Source: a virus. Taken from it: a stretch of DNA of 47,070 bases. The stretch is from IMG/VR virus record IMGVR_UViG_3300027909_000011, positions 1 to 47,070 of that record. One strand, written 5' to 3'. Position 1 is the first letter of the stretch. Every line of letters starts with the position of its first letter. Below the pieces are notes generated by a model. That model did no database searches and was not told the DNA's origin. It saw only the letters and a program-made list of their open reading frames with translations. A program made the translations under genes and the position numbers. Shown here one piece after another: positions 1-10,267 of this stretch.

Positions 1-127
1 ATCGTAGCATTCCCTACCTTACTTCGAAAGTAAGCATAGGCAAATAAAAGAGCAGAAAAGATGGAGAATGCGAACCCCGCCACGATCATGACGTCAAAGA
101 CATCAACCTTCATAGACCCATCCGTTT
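1..127. repeat. Terminal overlap copy 1 (identical to 46944..47070); circular-closure signature, unit length 46943 bp
   Basis: Bases 1-127 match 46944-47070 base for base. The repeat runs through coding sequence: the 3' end of 110..835 and the 5' end of the 46649..47056 gene. Confidence 0.95.
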
Positions 128-835
128 CACAATGGCGTTAGCATAGGTAGCAATGCTTGAATATGCACCCTGCCTTCGATTCAGGGATTGCCTACTATAC
201 TTCAATGCACCTGGTCCAGCGTACCATGCCACAGCCGCGCCCCATGCACCATATCTAGAGAAATATTGCTGCAACTTGTATCGAGCGATTGCCTCCTGTA
301 ACTTAGGGCTTTGCATAAATTGCGCGGGGCTCACGTCGTACCCGAGAGCCTCATAATCCCAACCTCGTCCCGATCCTTTAATATTACCAGGCATGATCTG
401 GTACTTACCCATAGCACCAGAAGATCGGTTCCTGGCCCCGTAATTTCCTCCGGATTCACGTCCGGCAATAGCGTTAATGAAAGCGGCAAAACTTCCTTTT
501 GCCCCAGGGACGCTAATCCCGCTGTATAAATCTGGTCCTTGACCCTGACCGACCGAAACATTGAATCTCCTGCCCGCTTGTGCGTACATCCTTTCTTGGG
601 CAGCCCTTAACTCCGCAGCCTGTCTTTTGGCTCGTAACATAGACTCAAAGTCGGTTGCTTGACGACCGCCGGTTGTTATCTCATTAAAGCGCCGCCTGTA
701 GCCGGTCATATCTTGTGCAGGATTACGCTTATTCCCCAGCAAAAGAGCTTGAAATGCTCGTTGCCGTTCTTCGCGTTCTGTAGTTTTTTCCTGAGGAATA
801 TACCTTGGGTTAATGTAGGCCATTAGATGAACCAA
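110..835 (-). CDS. Virion-associated lytic transglycosylase (SLT-like lysozyme domain)
   Basis: 241-aa ORF. The C-terminal half carries GRESGGNYGARNRSSGAMGKYQIMPGN (catalytic Glu plus SGAxGxYQ, an SLT signature). It overlaps the upstream M23 gene by 13 bp. Its stop forms an ATGA overlap with the start of the 46649..47056 gene across the circular junction. Confidence 0.75.
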   Translation of the reverse strand: MVHLMAYINPRYIPQEKTTEREERQRAFQALLLGNKRNPAQDMTGYRRRFNEITTGGRQATDFESMLRAKRQAAELRAAQERMYAQAGRRFNVSVGQGQGPDLYSGISVPGAKGSFAAFINAIAGRESGGNYGARNRSSGAMGKYQIMPGNIKGSGRGWDYEALGYDVSPAQFMQSPKLQEAIARYKLQQYFSRYGAWGAAVAWYAGPGALKYSRQSLNRRQGAYSSIATYANAIVKRMGL

Positions 836-1422
836 CTTAATGGATTGACTGGTTGGTTATTGATCCATGTCTCGAAATGTAAGTGAGGACCAGTAGACCA
901 ACCAGTACTTCCTACATAACCAATAGGTGCACCGGCAGCAATACTTTGACCCGGTTTAACATTAAAACCAGACTGATGACCGAACATAAGAGACCGACCA
1001 CCACCAATATCCAGAATAGTCTGATTTCCGTAAATTTTATCCCAACGAGTGCTGCGAACTCTGCCAGCAGCAGGAGCATAAATAGTGGTGCCAGCAGGGG
1101 ATGCCCAATCAATACCAGTATGTGCGCTTTTATGACCTTTCCTATGAACCCCGTACGGAGAAGTGACTCGTAAATCACCCCTTAAAGGATACATAGATAA
1201 GAGTCCGCCAGGGAATCCTCCTTGAAGCCCACCTTGTCTCTGATAGTCTTGTGGTGGAATAGTAGCCGCGAACTCAATCATACGTTGTTGCTGCAACCGA
1301 AGATTTTCTAAGAAATCTCGCTTGATTTTATCCCTAGTTGAACGATTAAATTCAAATCCTGTTTGGCGCGGGCCTTCCTCAGAAATCGCCCTAAGGCGTT
1401 CGAGGTAATCAACGGCTGCCAT
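823..1422 (-). CDS. Peptidase M23 (LytM-type) peptidoglycan endopeptidase, virion-associated
   Basis: 199-aa ORF with HTGIDWASPAGTTIYAP (HxxxD) and GSTGWSTGPHLHFE (HxH) zinc motifs. It is translationally coupled to both neighbours. Confidence 0.8.
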   Translation of the reverse strand: MAAVDYLERLRAISEEGPRQTGFEFNRSTRDKIKRDFLENLRLQQQRMIEFAATIPPQDYQRQGGLQGGFPGGLLSMYPLRGDLRVTSPYGVHRKGHKSAHTGIDWASPAGTTIYAPAAGRVRSTRWDKIYGNQTILDIGGGRSLMFGHQSGFNVKPGQSIAAGAPIGYVGSTGWSTGPHLHFETWINNQPVNPLSWFI

Positions 1423-4400
1423 ACTGTTCCCTTTGCTTCTTACGTTCCTTAGCGCGCTGTTCCTTTAGATCAAATTCACCGCCCTTGATGAATCTTCCTG
1501 TATCCAGGATACCAGCCGCTGTCAAGAAGTTAATGATTCCCGCAGGGTTGTACGGTTTAGTCTCCTTACCTCGCAAATCCCCACCTTCTAGAAGACCAGT
1601 ACCAATTGCTCCTTGCGACAGACGGGATGCATTTGCAAGAATAGGGATGTTCTTATCTGCATATTGAGTATAATCCTCAATAGGTGCACCAGTCATAAAC
1701 TCAGTATCGAAACCTAGTTCCGCTGGGATTTTAGCAAAGGGAGTAACTGAGTTTCCAATTCCCTTAACCGGATTATTGAAGAAATCTTCCATAATATCGG
1801 TTTGGGGGAGTCCAGGATTAATAACACCATATCCAACTTCTTCTGGACTACGGGAAATGGCCCGAGCAAAGCCCGAAGTAGGCAGAATAGTAGGACCAAT
1901 AACGTTGCTTGAGAGCCAGTTGGGGAATAGTTGGTCGTCCGGCCACGGATCAGAGACACTTGAATCTATCCCTTGATACTCTTGAGCGGCGCTCATTCCC
2001 TTCGGATACATAATGAACTTGTGGGGCTTAAGTAGCATACCTTCGATAATAAGAGGAATGGCCTTGCGATTCCAAGAATAGAAGGGAATAACCCGTCTGA
2101 AATACCTACGCTCAGTCGGAGTTAGATCTAATCCATCAGGGTGAAACTTTCGAACCTGACCAGCAGCAGATTCAAATAGTTCCTCTAATGAGGTAACCTT
2201 CTTCGGGGGGTGTTCAAGTCGATAAATGTAGTGGGCAAGACGGAAGTAATGCTCACGACTCTCAGAAAATCCACGAGCAACCTTGGCACCCTTACCCTTT
2301 AGAGGAGCAAAAGGTCCAATCTTACCAGGGTGAAACTTTTCTGCTAACCTATCAAATGCAGTCTCTGTACCAGGAAGGTCTTCCACTACACTAGAGTGCG
2401 GGAATAGTCCATGACGGAAACCCATTTGGTAAACTTGATCAATACTAATTGGATAAGACTTACCACCAGCCTTACCAGTAGCAATAACCCTTGTACCCTT
2501 AGGTATCCTACCTTGGCTTTGCTTAGTAATTTGCTCGATAAGTTCCCGTTCTCGACCCTCACCAAGTAACTCACGGAAGGGCCTCATATCTTCTCCACCA
2601 AGATCAGAATACCTATGGCTATTAGCTTTAATTACTTGCCAAGCCTTAGAGTAGTAGATCGGGTTATTCAGCCCATCCATCCAGGAAAGGAATGAGTCAC
2701 CAAGACCATTCCTAACATGGTGGCTAGGAGCAAAGATAGTTACACCGGCCTTCCAAGTACGGAGAGCCATATCGTACACTTTGAGGAACTTCGAAGTAGC
2801 TAAAGGTTCAGAGAATTTATCAATACCTGTAGCCATTTTACCAATTTGAGGGGCGATATCCTTAGGGAAGAATAACCCATCAATAGCAGGGTGCATCGAA
2901 CTAACCTCGATATACCCATTCCTAGCCTTACGACTTCCCCATACTGCACCCAACTGAGCAAAGGCTGAATACTCTACCATCGCATTTTCTACAGCCTGCG
3001 TTAAGTTAAACGCAAACATGCGAAGGTCTTCCGGATTCTCAGGGCTGTATGATTTCCAACCTTGAAGAATCTCAGGACCAGTAAGCATAATCTTTTTTGA
3101 AGGATTTACCGGATCAGGAACCTTGTCCTCAAACTTGAAGTCCTTAATGCCCACAATACGCATGTGCTTATTAAGATGTGCAACATTCGTACCCGAACGA
3201 GCAATAGCTGTGTTACCTGCAAACTTGCTTGCTAACCCAGATTCCCCAAATAGGTTACCTAGCATCATCTGTAACTGTTCAACTTGCTGAGCATGTGCAG
3301 GATTAGTAGGAATAAACCCACGAACTTCATTCCAGAAGTCCATAGTCTCTTTTGGAGGAATAGCATTAAAGATACGAATAATATCGTGGGCACGAGTAGT
3401 AGCACTAGCCCTGCGAGCACCGATATGCTTCAAAACTAAGGGCCGTAAATCCTTATATCCCGCATTGGGCTTGATCCAAGATAATACGGTGCTAATAATT
3501 CCGCCCTCAGCGGCGGCACTTGCTCGCGCAACATCCGTAGCAGCAGTTCTAACGATTTGTCCGACTGACGTAGCACCCGATACAGGGCCAAATTCAGTCG
3601 TAAGGACATCAGCAGTATGTGCGGATGAAGTTTCAATTCTTGGAGCCTGAGCAGCACGGTCTCCACTCTTTCCTCCCGTAACCCCAGCAGCTAATCTAGT
3701 TTTACCCCTTTGAATAGTGAATTCTACAAGATTCGAAGGATTAACGGCCTGAGGAATCTCACGACGCAACTTATTAAGCATTTCATTCATTGCATCCCGA
3801 GTTTCGGGCATTGCTCCCGCAAATTGAGCCTTACTTTGCCGTGTAATCTGCTCAATAAAGTTTGCCTTGTTAACATCACTAATAGGCGCACCTTCAACGG
3901 TGTTAATCGCCCCGGCTGTAGCCTCAGTTACAGCCTTAGCCGCGTTAGCATCCTCAATAACCCTAGCAGCGTGATCCTTCACCATTAAAGGTGACCAATC
4001 AGTAGCCTCAATCGCGGCCTTTAGTTCTGGTTGCTTAGCAATCTGAGTTAATGCTGCTTTTTCGCCAACAATCGCACGAAGAATGACCGAGGGACTGACC
4101 TTCTTGGTCTTATCACCTAAAATTGCAGCCTGTGCAACCTCACGAGGTAATGTCTCAAGAACATCACTAAGACGTAAGTAAGGAGAGCCAGCCTTAAGTC
4201 CACCACGAGGCTTAAAAATATCACCCTTACGCTCAATCATGCTTTCTTCTGCGTGCCGGACTAATTGCACGTAACGATCAAAGATAGCAGATTGGAATTT
4301 CTCCGGAACTACCCCATAAGTTACCGGATTTGCTTGCAAAACTTGCTGGCGGGCAGGGCTCAGTAACTTATTAGCTACAGCCGACTGCGCTTGTGCGTTA

Positions 4401-5356
4401 TAATTCGAGATTTTAACCGCAGGATTGCCAATATCAGCCGCGATTTTAGCTACAGTGCGCTCCACAGCCTCTCTTGAAGCAGGGGCGAGTGGAAGTAAGT
4501 TCTTATTCGTTAAAAGATCAGTAGCCTCAGGTGACCCCTTAGCAAATTGGTCCAATACTTTCTCGGAATCAGAGGCAATATTAGCCCTCTGAATATCCGG
4601 ATACTTCTTTTCCAAGAATGACGGAAGATTCTGCTTACCAATTTCCGACATTTGCTGCTCGGCAGCGATCAAACCCTCCTGGCGAGGGCTCAGAACCGCC
4701 CCGGACTGGCCCACATCTGCCGCCTCCCGAACGACGGCCTCAGCAGCACCCTCAACCTCGTCCAGTTCTTGAGCACCCTTTTTAAGACCCTTGGCGGCTT
4801 TGATCGGACCCTTTACAGCACCAGCACCGACTAAATTAAGAGGATCAAGAGCAATATCGCCCAACAGACCATACACAACTGCGGACGTATTCTTCTTTTT
4901 CAGTTCCTTTTGTAGATATGCTTCGGCCTCAGGAGTTCCAGGACCTAATTGCTGGTATTCCTCACTCTCCTTAATATGCCTTTCATCGGCCGCCTGTAGC
5001 ACATCAATAAAGGAAGTCTTCTCTTTACCAGATAACCCTTCCCAAGCACCCTTAAGAGGATTCCCACCCTCATTAGCTAAAGTATCAACGGCCTCTGCTA
5101 CTGCATAATTAGGCCGAGAGAGTTTATCCAAAATCCAAAGACCAACACTCTTGGAATGCTGACCAAATGACTTATCTTCTTTGATTAAGGAAGGCGCGGG
5201 CTGAATATCAAAATCAGACCTCGCCTTCCTTAAGATCATGTTTGCAAAATCAGCCTGAGAAGCAGTAGGACGTGTGAGGGATGCAATTAAGTTAGTGGGC
5301 ATACGGGCAGACTGAATGGCGTTAAGCCGTGCGACGTAATCGTCAACATAGGTCAT
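1409..5356 (-). CDS. Large internal virion / ejection protein (T7 gp16-class by size and position)
   Basis: 1315-aa uninterrupted ORF, the largest in the window. It follows two smaller core-like proteins and precedes the virion lysins. No catalytic motif was recognised, so function is inferred from synteny only. Confidence 0.55.
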   Translation of the reverse strand: MTYVDDYVARLNAIQSARMPTNLIASLTRPTASQADFANMILRKARSDFDIQPAPSLIKEDKSFGQHSKSVGLWILDKLSRPNYAVAEAVDTLANEGGNPLKGAWEGLSGKEKTSFIDVLQAADERHIKESEEYQQLGPGTPEAEAYLQKELKKKNTSAVVYGLLGDIALDPLNLVGAGAVKGPIKAAKGLKKGAQELDEVEGAAEAVVREAADVGQSGAVLSPRQEGLIAAEQQMSEIGKQNLPSFLEKKYPDIQRANIASDSEKVLDQFAKGSPEATDLLTNKNLLPLAPASREAVERTVAKIAADIGNPAVKISNYNAQAQSAVANKLLSPARQQVLQANPVTYGVVPEKFQSAIFDRYVQLVRHAEESMIERKGDIFKPRGGLKAGSPYLRLSDVLETLPREVAQAAILGDKTKKVSPSVILRAIVGEKAALTQIAKQPELKAAIEATDWSPLMVKDHAARVIEDANAAKAVTEATAGAINTVEGAPISDVNKANFIEQITRQSKAQFAGAMPETRDAMNEMLNKLRREIPQAVNPSNLVEFTIQRGKTRLAAGVTGGKSGDRAAQAPRIETSSAHTADVLTTEFGPVSGATSVGQIVRTAATDVARASAAAEGGIISTVLSWIKPNAGYKDLRPLVLKHIGARRASATTRAHDIIRIFNAIPPKETMDFWNEVRGFIPTNPAHAQQVEQLQMMLGNLFGESGLASKFAGNTAIARSGTNVAHLNKHMRIVGIKDFKFEDKVPDPVNPSKKIMLTGPEILQGWKSYSPENPEDLRMFAFNLTQAVENAMVEYSAFAQLGAVWGSRKARNGYIEVSSMHPAIDGLFFPKDIAPQIGKMATGIDKFSEPLATSKFLKVYDMALRTWKAGVTIFAPSHHVRNGLGDSFLSWMDGLNNPIYYSKAWQVIKANSHRYSDLGGEDMRPFRELLGEGRERELIEQITKQSQGRIPKGTRVIATGKAGGKSYPISIDQVYQMGFRHGLFPHSSVVEDLPGTETAFDRLAEKFHPGKIGPFAPLKGKGAKVARGFSESREHYFRLAHYIYRLEHPPKKVTSLEELFESAAGQVRKFHPDGLDLTPTERRYFRRVIPFYSWNRKAIPLIIEGMLLKPHKFIMYPKGMSAAQEYQGIDSSVSDPWPDDQLFPNWLSSNVIGPTILPTSGFARAISRSPEEVGYGVINPGLPQTDIMEDFFNNPVKGIGNSVTPFAKIPAELGFDTEFMTGAPIEDYTQYADKNIPILANASRLSQGAIGTGLLEGGDLRGKETKPYNPAGIINFLTAAGILDTGRFIKGGEFDLKEQRAKERKKQREQYGSR

Positions 5357-6750
5357 TAACCTACTCCATAAAGCAACTTATATAGAATCTGTGTAGCCTG
5401 CATGAGAGCATTCTTGCTATTCGGGTCTAATTGCTGAGCCGATTGTGAATCAGCAATTAACCTAGCAAACAATGCCGGGTTCATTTCTACCCCTGCACTA
5501 TTTCCTTCGTTTCGACCCCAAATCTCAGGACGCTCATACATAGCACCTTGAATAACCGAAACAATATCCGATCCGCGACCAGGTGCTAGTTGCTCAGCAA
5601 AGGTAGCCGTCTCTTGCCAGGGATTAAGTTTTTGCTCACCTGCACTTGAGCCGGCACTACCTGCTCCACCACCCTGTAATTGAAGCAGTTTCATAGCTAA
5701 ATCAAGTTGTTGATTCTGAGCCTGAGAACTACGATCAAATAGTGCATTCTGATCAGAGAGATAATCCCGCTGTTGCTGATACCCAAATTGAGTATTTGCT
5801 ACATCACGTTGGTAGGCAGCATCAGCTAATTTAAGCATCAAATCATTAATAGACCCAGCCCTCTGGGACCTAACCCCTGTAAGATCAGTGTTAGATTGAG
5901 CGAGATAATCCTCTAACTGACGACCAATATCTTGACTCGACTCAATACCCTCAGCCCGAGTCGCATTAGCAATTGCTCGATCATAGTCCTGCTGAGCATT
6001 ACCTTGCATTGACATAGCAGCCTGCTGAGCTTGTTGCTCCTGCATTGACATTTGATTAGCAAATCGCATATCACCTTGCTGCTCAGTTAATTCCTCATTT
6101 AAGCCTAAAGACTCAATTCCGAGCCTTTTAGCCTCAGCCCTTTGAGCAGCAGCATCCCTAGCATATCCAGCCGCAATTTGATCACGCTGGTCTTCATACA
6201 GATTCTTAGACTGTGCTTGAGAAGTAGCGTACCTAGTCCTATCGGCTACAGCGCCACGATCCTCAACAGCGCCTAATTGATTATAGAGATTTCGAACAGT
6301 CGACTGACTCGTGGCAGCACGAGACCGAGTTGCCGATTGCTGAGCCAGAATCTGATTGATAATCGGATTAAATTGCTCATTCACGGCCGACATTGCTTGA
6401 TTCTTAAACCTATTAGGATCATAGGTAGGCAGTTGCTGAGGATTAAAGCGAGGCATTTGGGAGGTGCCCTGGGTAAATTGCCGCAACTGAGCAAGAATAG
6501 CCTGTAGAGGATCAACTTGAGGGAGTTGTGGTGTAAACTTCCCCGCTAAAGGACCTCCTGGATCATATTCTGAATAATGACGTGACGTAGGATAGTTAGG
6601 AGGTCCTTGAGGCGTAGGGGGAGAGTGCGTAGACCGTCCGCCTGAAAGGATATTTAACATATCCTGAATTTCATCACGAGTACGGATCAGGTCACGATCC
6701 CGCTCATTGATGTTAATATTCCTACTGCCGCGTTCACCAATGTTTGCCAT
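5356..6750 (-). CDS. Gln-rich internal virion protein (gp15-like position)
   Basis: 464-aa ORF, Q/A-rich and predicted helical. Start and stop are coupled to both neighbours (ATGA-type overlaps). Confidence 0.5.
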   Translation of the reverse strand: MANIGERGSRNININERDRDLIRTRDEIQDMLNILSGGRSTHSPPTPQGPPNYPTSRHYSEYDPGGPLAGKFTPQLPQVDPLQAILAQLRQFTQGTSQMPRFNPQQLPTYDPNRFKNQAMSAVNEQFNPIINQILAQQSATRSRAATSQSTVRNLYNQLGAVEDRGAVADRTRYATSQAQSKNLYEDQRDQIAAGYARDAAAQRAEAKRLGIESLGLNEELTEQQGDMRFANQMSMQEQQAQQAAMSMQGNAQQDYDRAIANATRAEGIESSQDIGRQLEDYLAQSNTDLTGVRSQRAGSINDLMLKLADAAYQRDVANTQFGYQQQRDYLSDQNALFDRSSQAQNQQLDLAMKLLQLQGGGAGSAGSSAGEQKLNPWQETATFAEQLAPGRGSDIVSVIQGAMYERPEIWGRNEGNSAGVEMNPALFARLIADSQSAQQLDPNSKNALMQATQILYKLLYGVG

Positions 6751-7454
6751 TAGATACCATACTTTTCCGTACGACGACGTAGAGCCTCAGCCCGAGCATT
6801 TTGAGACTGAGTACCTTGCTCATTACGGAATTTATTTAGATCATTTGCTAAGCCTTGAATGAAAGCAGTCCTTTGCTCACTCAAGTCACCATATTGATTT
6901 GCATATTGAGAGTTTAAGTCACCGAGACCTTGAGTATATAGGCTTGATTGTAACATTCCACGAGAGGCGAAGTCATTTCGAAGGTCTTCTGTAGCCTCGC
7001 CCTTAGCCAAACCAATATCACGGTACATGTTCTGGTAGTTAGTATTGTAATCACCACGAGATAGAGTCTGATCAGCATTAAAGTCAGAAAGAGCCTTAGC
7101 ATAGGCCGCTAATTGACGCTGATAGGTCGTGTCACCTTTAAGAAATGCATTAACATCCGGCACCATAGGCTTAGCCGGCTTCGGCGGTTGGACTGTCCTA
7201 GCCGTCGGAGGGGTAGAGCGACGAACAGAAGTAGAACGACGCCTACCACCTTCACGACTAACTACACGACGACGCCGGTAACCACGATTACCACCATCAT
7301 CATTACTACTCCTAGACCTACGACTCCTATAAATAGGAACTTGGCTCGCACGTTCAGGCTTTAACTTACGCCGAACCCTCGGCCTAGCCGTATTACGTCG
7401 CACAGTAGCAGGTGCTTGCCTATTACTAGCACCCGCAGAATCAATATCTGCCAT
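6750..7454 (-). CDS. Internal virion protein with an Arg-rich (protamine-like) N-terminal half
   Basis: 234-aa ORF. Residues about 15-95 are dominated by R/S/P runs (RRNTARPRVRRKLKPER...RRRRVVSREGGRRRSTSVRR). It sits in the gp14-like position. Confidence 0.5.
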   Translation of the reverse strand: MADIDSAGASNRQAPATVRRNTARPRVRRKLKPERASQVPIYRSRRSRSSNDDGGNRGYRRRRVVSREGGRRRSTSVRRSTPPTARTVQPPKPAKPMVPDVNAFLKGDTTYQRQLAAYAKALSDFNADQTLSRGDYNTNYQNMYRDIGLAKGEATEDLRNDFASRGMLQSSLYTQGLGDLNSQYANQYGDLSEQRTAFIQGLANDLNKFRNEQGTQSQNARAEALRRRTEKYGI

Positions 7455-7676
7455 TTATACTGTCCTTCCCGGGGGAGTACTGAGATAATCTGCGCTCATA
7501 TAACGCTTTTTCTGATGCGCTTGAATCCTCTTTAGAAGGGCATTATTTCTTTGCCTTGTTTGATACAAGCGATCGCGTTCTGCATAGCCCTCAACATCAG
7601 TTAATGGGCCAATATTAGGAGCCGAAGACATACCCCTGTACGTCTTCGATCCAACCGCATACTTGTTGAAAGCCAT
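7455..7676 (-). CDS. Hypothetical small virion-module protein
   Basis: 73-aa ORF packed tightly between the nozzle-like and core-like genes on the same strand. Confidence 0.5.
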   Translation of the reverse strand: MAFNKYAVGSKTYRGMSSAPNIGPLTDVEGYAERDRLYQTRQRNNALLKRIQAHQKKRYMSADYLSTPPGRTV

Positions 7677-7692
7677 ACCTCTATCCTAGCAC

Positions 7693-9207
7693 TTATGTCA
7701 ATGACTTACTAACATGTTGCTTTGTGCCAATTAAGGTAGTAAAAGTAAAGAATCTCAAAGGTCCTGTCACATTCGTCCCATCGTAACTTAAACTAAGTTG
7801 AAAATTTATCTGCCTAAAACGTAGAGATTTCTGGAATTTGACAAATTTACGCATAGCAGACTGAGAACCAACTACTGTCTGAACGACAAATGGTACAGAC
7901 AATGGCTGATCCCAGGTATTTCCTGCAATACTACCCCACGTAAAAGCCGCCAAATCCCCCCAAGTTACAGAGAAATTGACTACAACAGGTTGCACAATAC
8001 CACTAATTAGTTTAGTAGTTGATACATCTGCACCCCACCACATAAGCCTCTTGTAACGATGGGGTACTCCATAATCATAGTTCTTAGTTTTAATAAGAAC
8101 AAAAATAGTTTCAGGATTCGATCCATCAATGATATCCCTCATACTATGGATATCATTAGAAGATGAATCTGCACTTGCCATAATATAGGTAGGAACAGCA
8201 TTCACTGTACCACGAATAGGAACGGCTACAGGAACACCGGGATACCTAATATCAGCATCCCATCGAGTCCATACTTTTGTTTTCAATCCAAATAAATATA
8301 ATCTATTAAAATATTTGACTAAAAGACGATCGCCGACCACAGCACAATAAGTAGGTGATACCCACGGGGCAGGTTGTGTGGCATCATAGAAAAGAGGAAC
8401 TTTGGCGTTTAATTTAGAAAAGTCATAGTTTACAACTTCATACACATTGTTCCGGTGAAGAACATATAATTGATTTTCATAGGCTGCAACACACCAACGA
8501 GAAGCAACACCAATACCATCTTTAATTTTACGAGTAATAGCATCGGCAGGGTCAGCATCGTAGGCTAATACATACGTAGAATCTTGCTTGAATAAAAGAA
8601 GGTTATCATTATAAACAACGATATCTAGTAACTTCTGCCCATCGCCCTTATTGATGTAAACACTAATAGGGAAAGATGAGAAGTTAGCAGGGGCCGAGCC
8701 CTTAAGCAGCGAAGCGTCAGATCCTGTTTTCTCCACATTAGGAACAATAAATAACCGTTCCTTATGAACTACCGCAGCACCACCACGAGGAATAGCAGCT
8801 ATGGTAGAATAGGTCAAAGAGTCGTTTAATGACCCTCCATCTGTAGCAGAATCAGAAGTAGCAATAATATAAGCAGTATTATCATACTGAACCATAGCAG
8901 TTGCTTTAAGGGTGCCTGTACCCCCAATTGCTGTCCATGCACCACTCTCATAAGACCAAAGTGAAGTAGAATTAATCCCAATGAGTCTAGTATGAGCATC
9001 AGTAATATACCAACCTAGCAATGTCATACCTACACCAGAGCCTGGACTGGCTAAATCAAAGAAGGGTGGGCGTGCAACATACGATCCATCAAGGTCTAAT
9101 TCTGCATTGACAACATCAAGTAATTCCGTATCCTGTAGCGCAGTAGGATCGGAAAGATGATTAATACCCCCAGCAAAAGGGCCAAGACGAATCGGCTCAC
9201 CAGGCAT
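7693..9207 (-). CDS. Tail tubular protein B / nozzle-like protein
   Basis: 504-aa ORF. The N-terminus FAGGINHLSDPTALQDTELLDVVNAELDLDGSYVARPPF follows the T7 gp12 pattern KGGISQQPD...N......G..KRPP. It lies directly downstream of the adaptor-like gene. Confidence 0.55.
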   Translation of the reverse strand: MPGEPIRLGPFAGGINHLSDPTALQDTELLDVVNAELDLDGSYVARPPFFDLASPGSGVGMTLLGWYITDAHTRLIGINSTSLWSYESGAWTAIGGTGTLKATAMVQYDNTAYIIATSDSATDGGSLNDSLTYSTIAAIPRGGAAVVHKERLFIVPNVEKTGSDASLLKGSAPANFSSFPISVYINKGDGQKLLDIVVYNDNLLLFKQDSTYVLAYDADPADAITRKIKDGIGVASRWCVAAYENQLYVLHRNNVYEVVNYDFSKLNAKVPLFYDATQPAPWVSPTYCAVVGDRLLVKYFNRLYLFGLKTKVWTRWDADIRYPGVPVAVPIRGTVNAVPTYIMASADSSSNDIHSMRDIIDGSNPETIFVLIKTKNYDYGVPHRYKRLMWWGADVSTTKLISGIVQPVVVNFSVTWGDLAAFTWGSIAGNTWDQPLSVPFVVQTVVGSQSAMRKFVKFQKSLRFRQINFQLSLSYDGTNVTGPLRFFTFTTLIGTKQHVSKSLT

Positions 9208-9839
9208 TACATATCATCCAATAACACTGTGATGGTCGGATACGTTTCCCGCTCTACAAATTCTTCCCTGGACTTCAAGATGTCTAATCCATCATTGAAT
9301 TGAGATTGCTTCTGATTTGAGGCATCCCAATCCTCATCCGTCTCGTATGCCTGCTGTAGCACATACTCAACAACTCGATTATGGTATTCCTCAGAAAATG
9401 GGATAGTATCAGATAATGAATCAATAGCAGCGGGACGTTGGATATAGAGAATCTTAATCCCATTAGTAATACTCGTATCTGGTTTAGGATATAGCGTAAA
9501 TTCAGTACCCCAACGAGTCCACATATAAGGAGTACCAGTCTGAATTTCCTCAGGATCGTTAGCATTTACATAGGTGTCATATTCAGTACGCTTCATAAAA
9601 GCAATTTTTAGATTATCATAGTAGATAGTCTGCATTGCAAGCATATCAACAGGAAAGGGATAGGTATTGTCCCCAGCCACTGCATTTATAAGAGCCGATG
9701 CTTGAAGAAGACTATTCTTGACGGCAATTTCGCGTACGCCATCGTTGATCCAACGCATGATGTCGTCTTGAGTAATTTGAACCGATGCCTCGTCGCCAAA
9801 TTGACGAAGCACGCGAGTTACAACATCTTGGACATTCAT
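9207..9839 (-). CDS. Head-tail adaptor (tail tubular A / gp11-like position)
   Basis: 210-aa ORF sharing an ATGA overlap with the nozzle-like gene. The call rests on size and position. The C-terminal IPFSEEYHNRVVEYVLQQAY resembles adaptor families. Confidence 0.4.
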   Translation of the reverse strand: MNVQDVVTRVLRQFGDEASVQITQDDIMRWINDGVREIAVKNSLLQASALINAVAGDNTYPFPVDMLAMQTIYYDNLKIAFMKRTEYDTYVNANDPEEIQTGTPYMWTRWGTEFTLYPKPDTSITNGIKILYIQRPAAIDSLSDTIPFSEEYHNRVVEYVLQQAYETDEDWDASNQKQSQFNDGLDILKSREEFVERETYPTITVLLDDM

Positions 9840-10267
9840 TTCGGAATAATCTTCCCATTGTGTCGGAACCTATGCAGAGGCGATGAGGCAACAGTTTTAA
9901 TGAAGTCCTTCCTGAATTCAGCAGCATCTTCTAATTCCTTGCGGCGTACTGCTGCTAAAGCCCGCTCCTCGGCTTCGAGATTATCTAGAACCTCATTCTT
10001 TGTTGTATCCGCAGCATAGATTTTAGCAAGAACTCGATGGTCTAATTCTCCCTGCTTAATAAAGAACATAATATAAGGGGGATTGTTGACTGGATTATGG
10101 CGGACAGCATAGGGAGCCTCATTCTTATTCTCTGTACGCTTTTCCGGAGGAATCCATACAAGTTCAAGTTCAGGGTTGTATTCATTAATAAGTTCAGCGA
10201 TACGGGTATGCTTCTCATCTACCCAATATCCTTGCTCAGTCGGTGTCAGCACTATAGTCCATTCCAA
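9836..10267 (-). CDS. Hypothetical protein
   Basis: 143-aa ORF overlapping both neighbours by a few nt, in the same-strand operon context. Confidence 0.55.
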   Translation of the reverse strand: MEWTIVLTPTEQGYWVDEKHTRIAELINEYNPELELVWIPPEKRTENKNEAPYAVRHNPVNNPPYIMFFIKQGELDHRVLAKIYAADTTKNEVLDNLEAEERALAAVRRKELEDAAEFRKDFIKTVASSPLHRFRHNGKIIPK

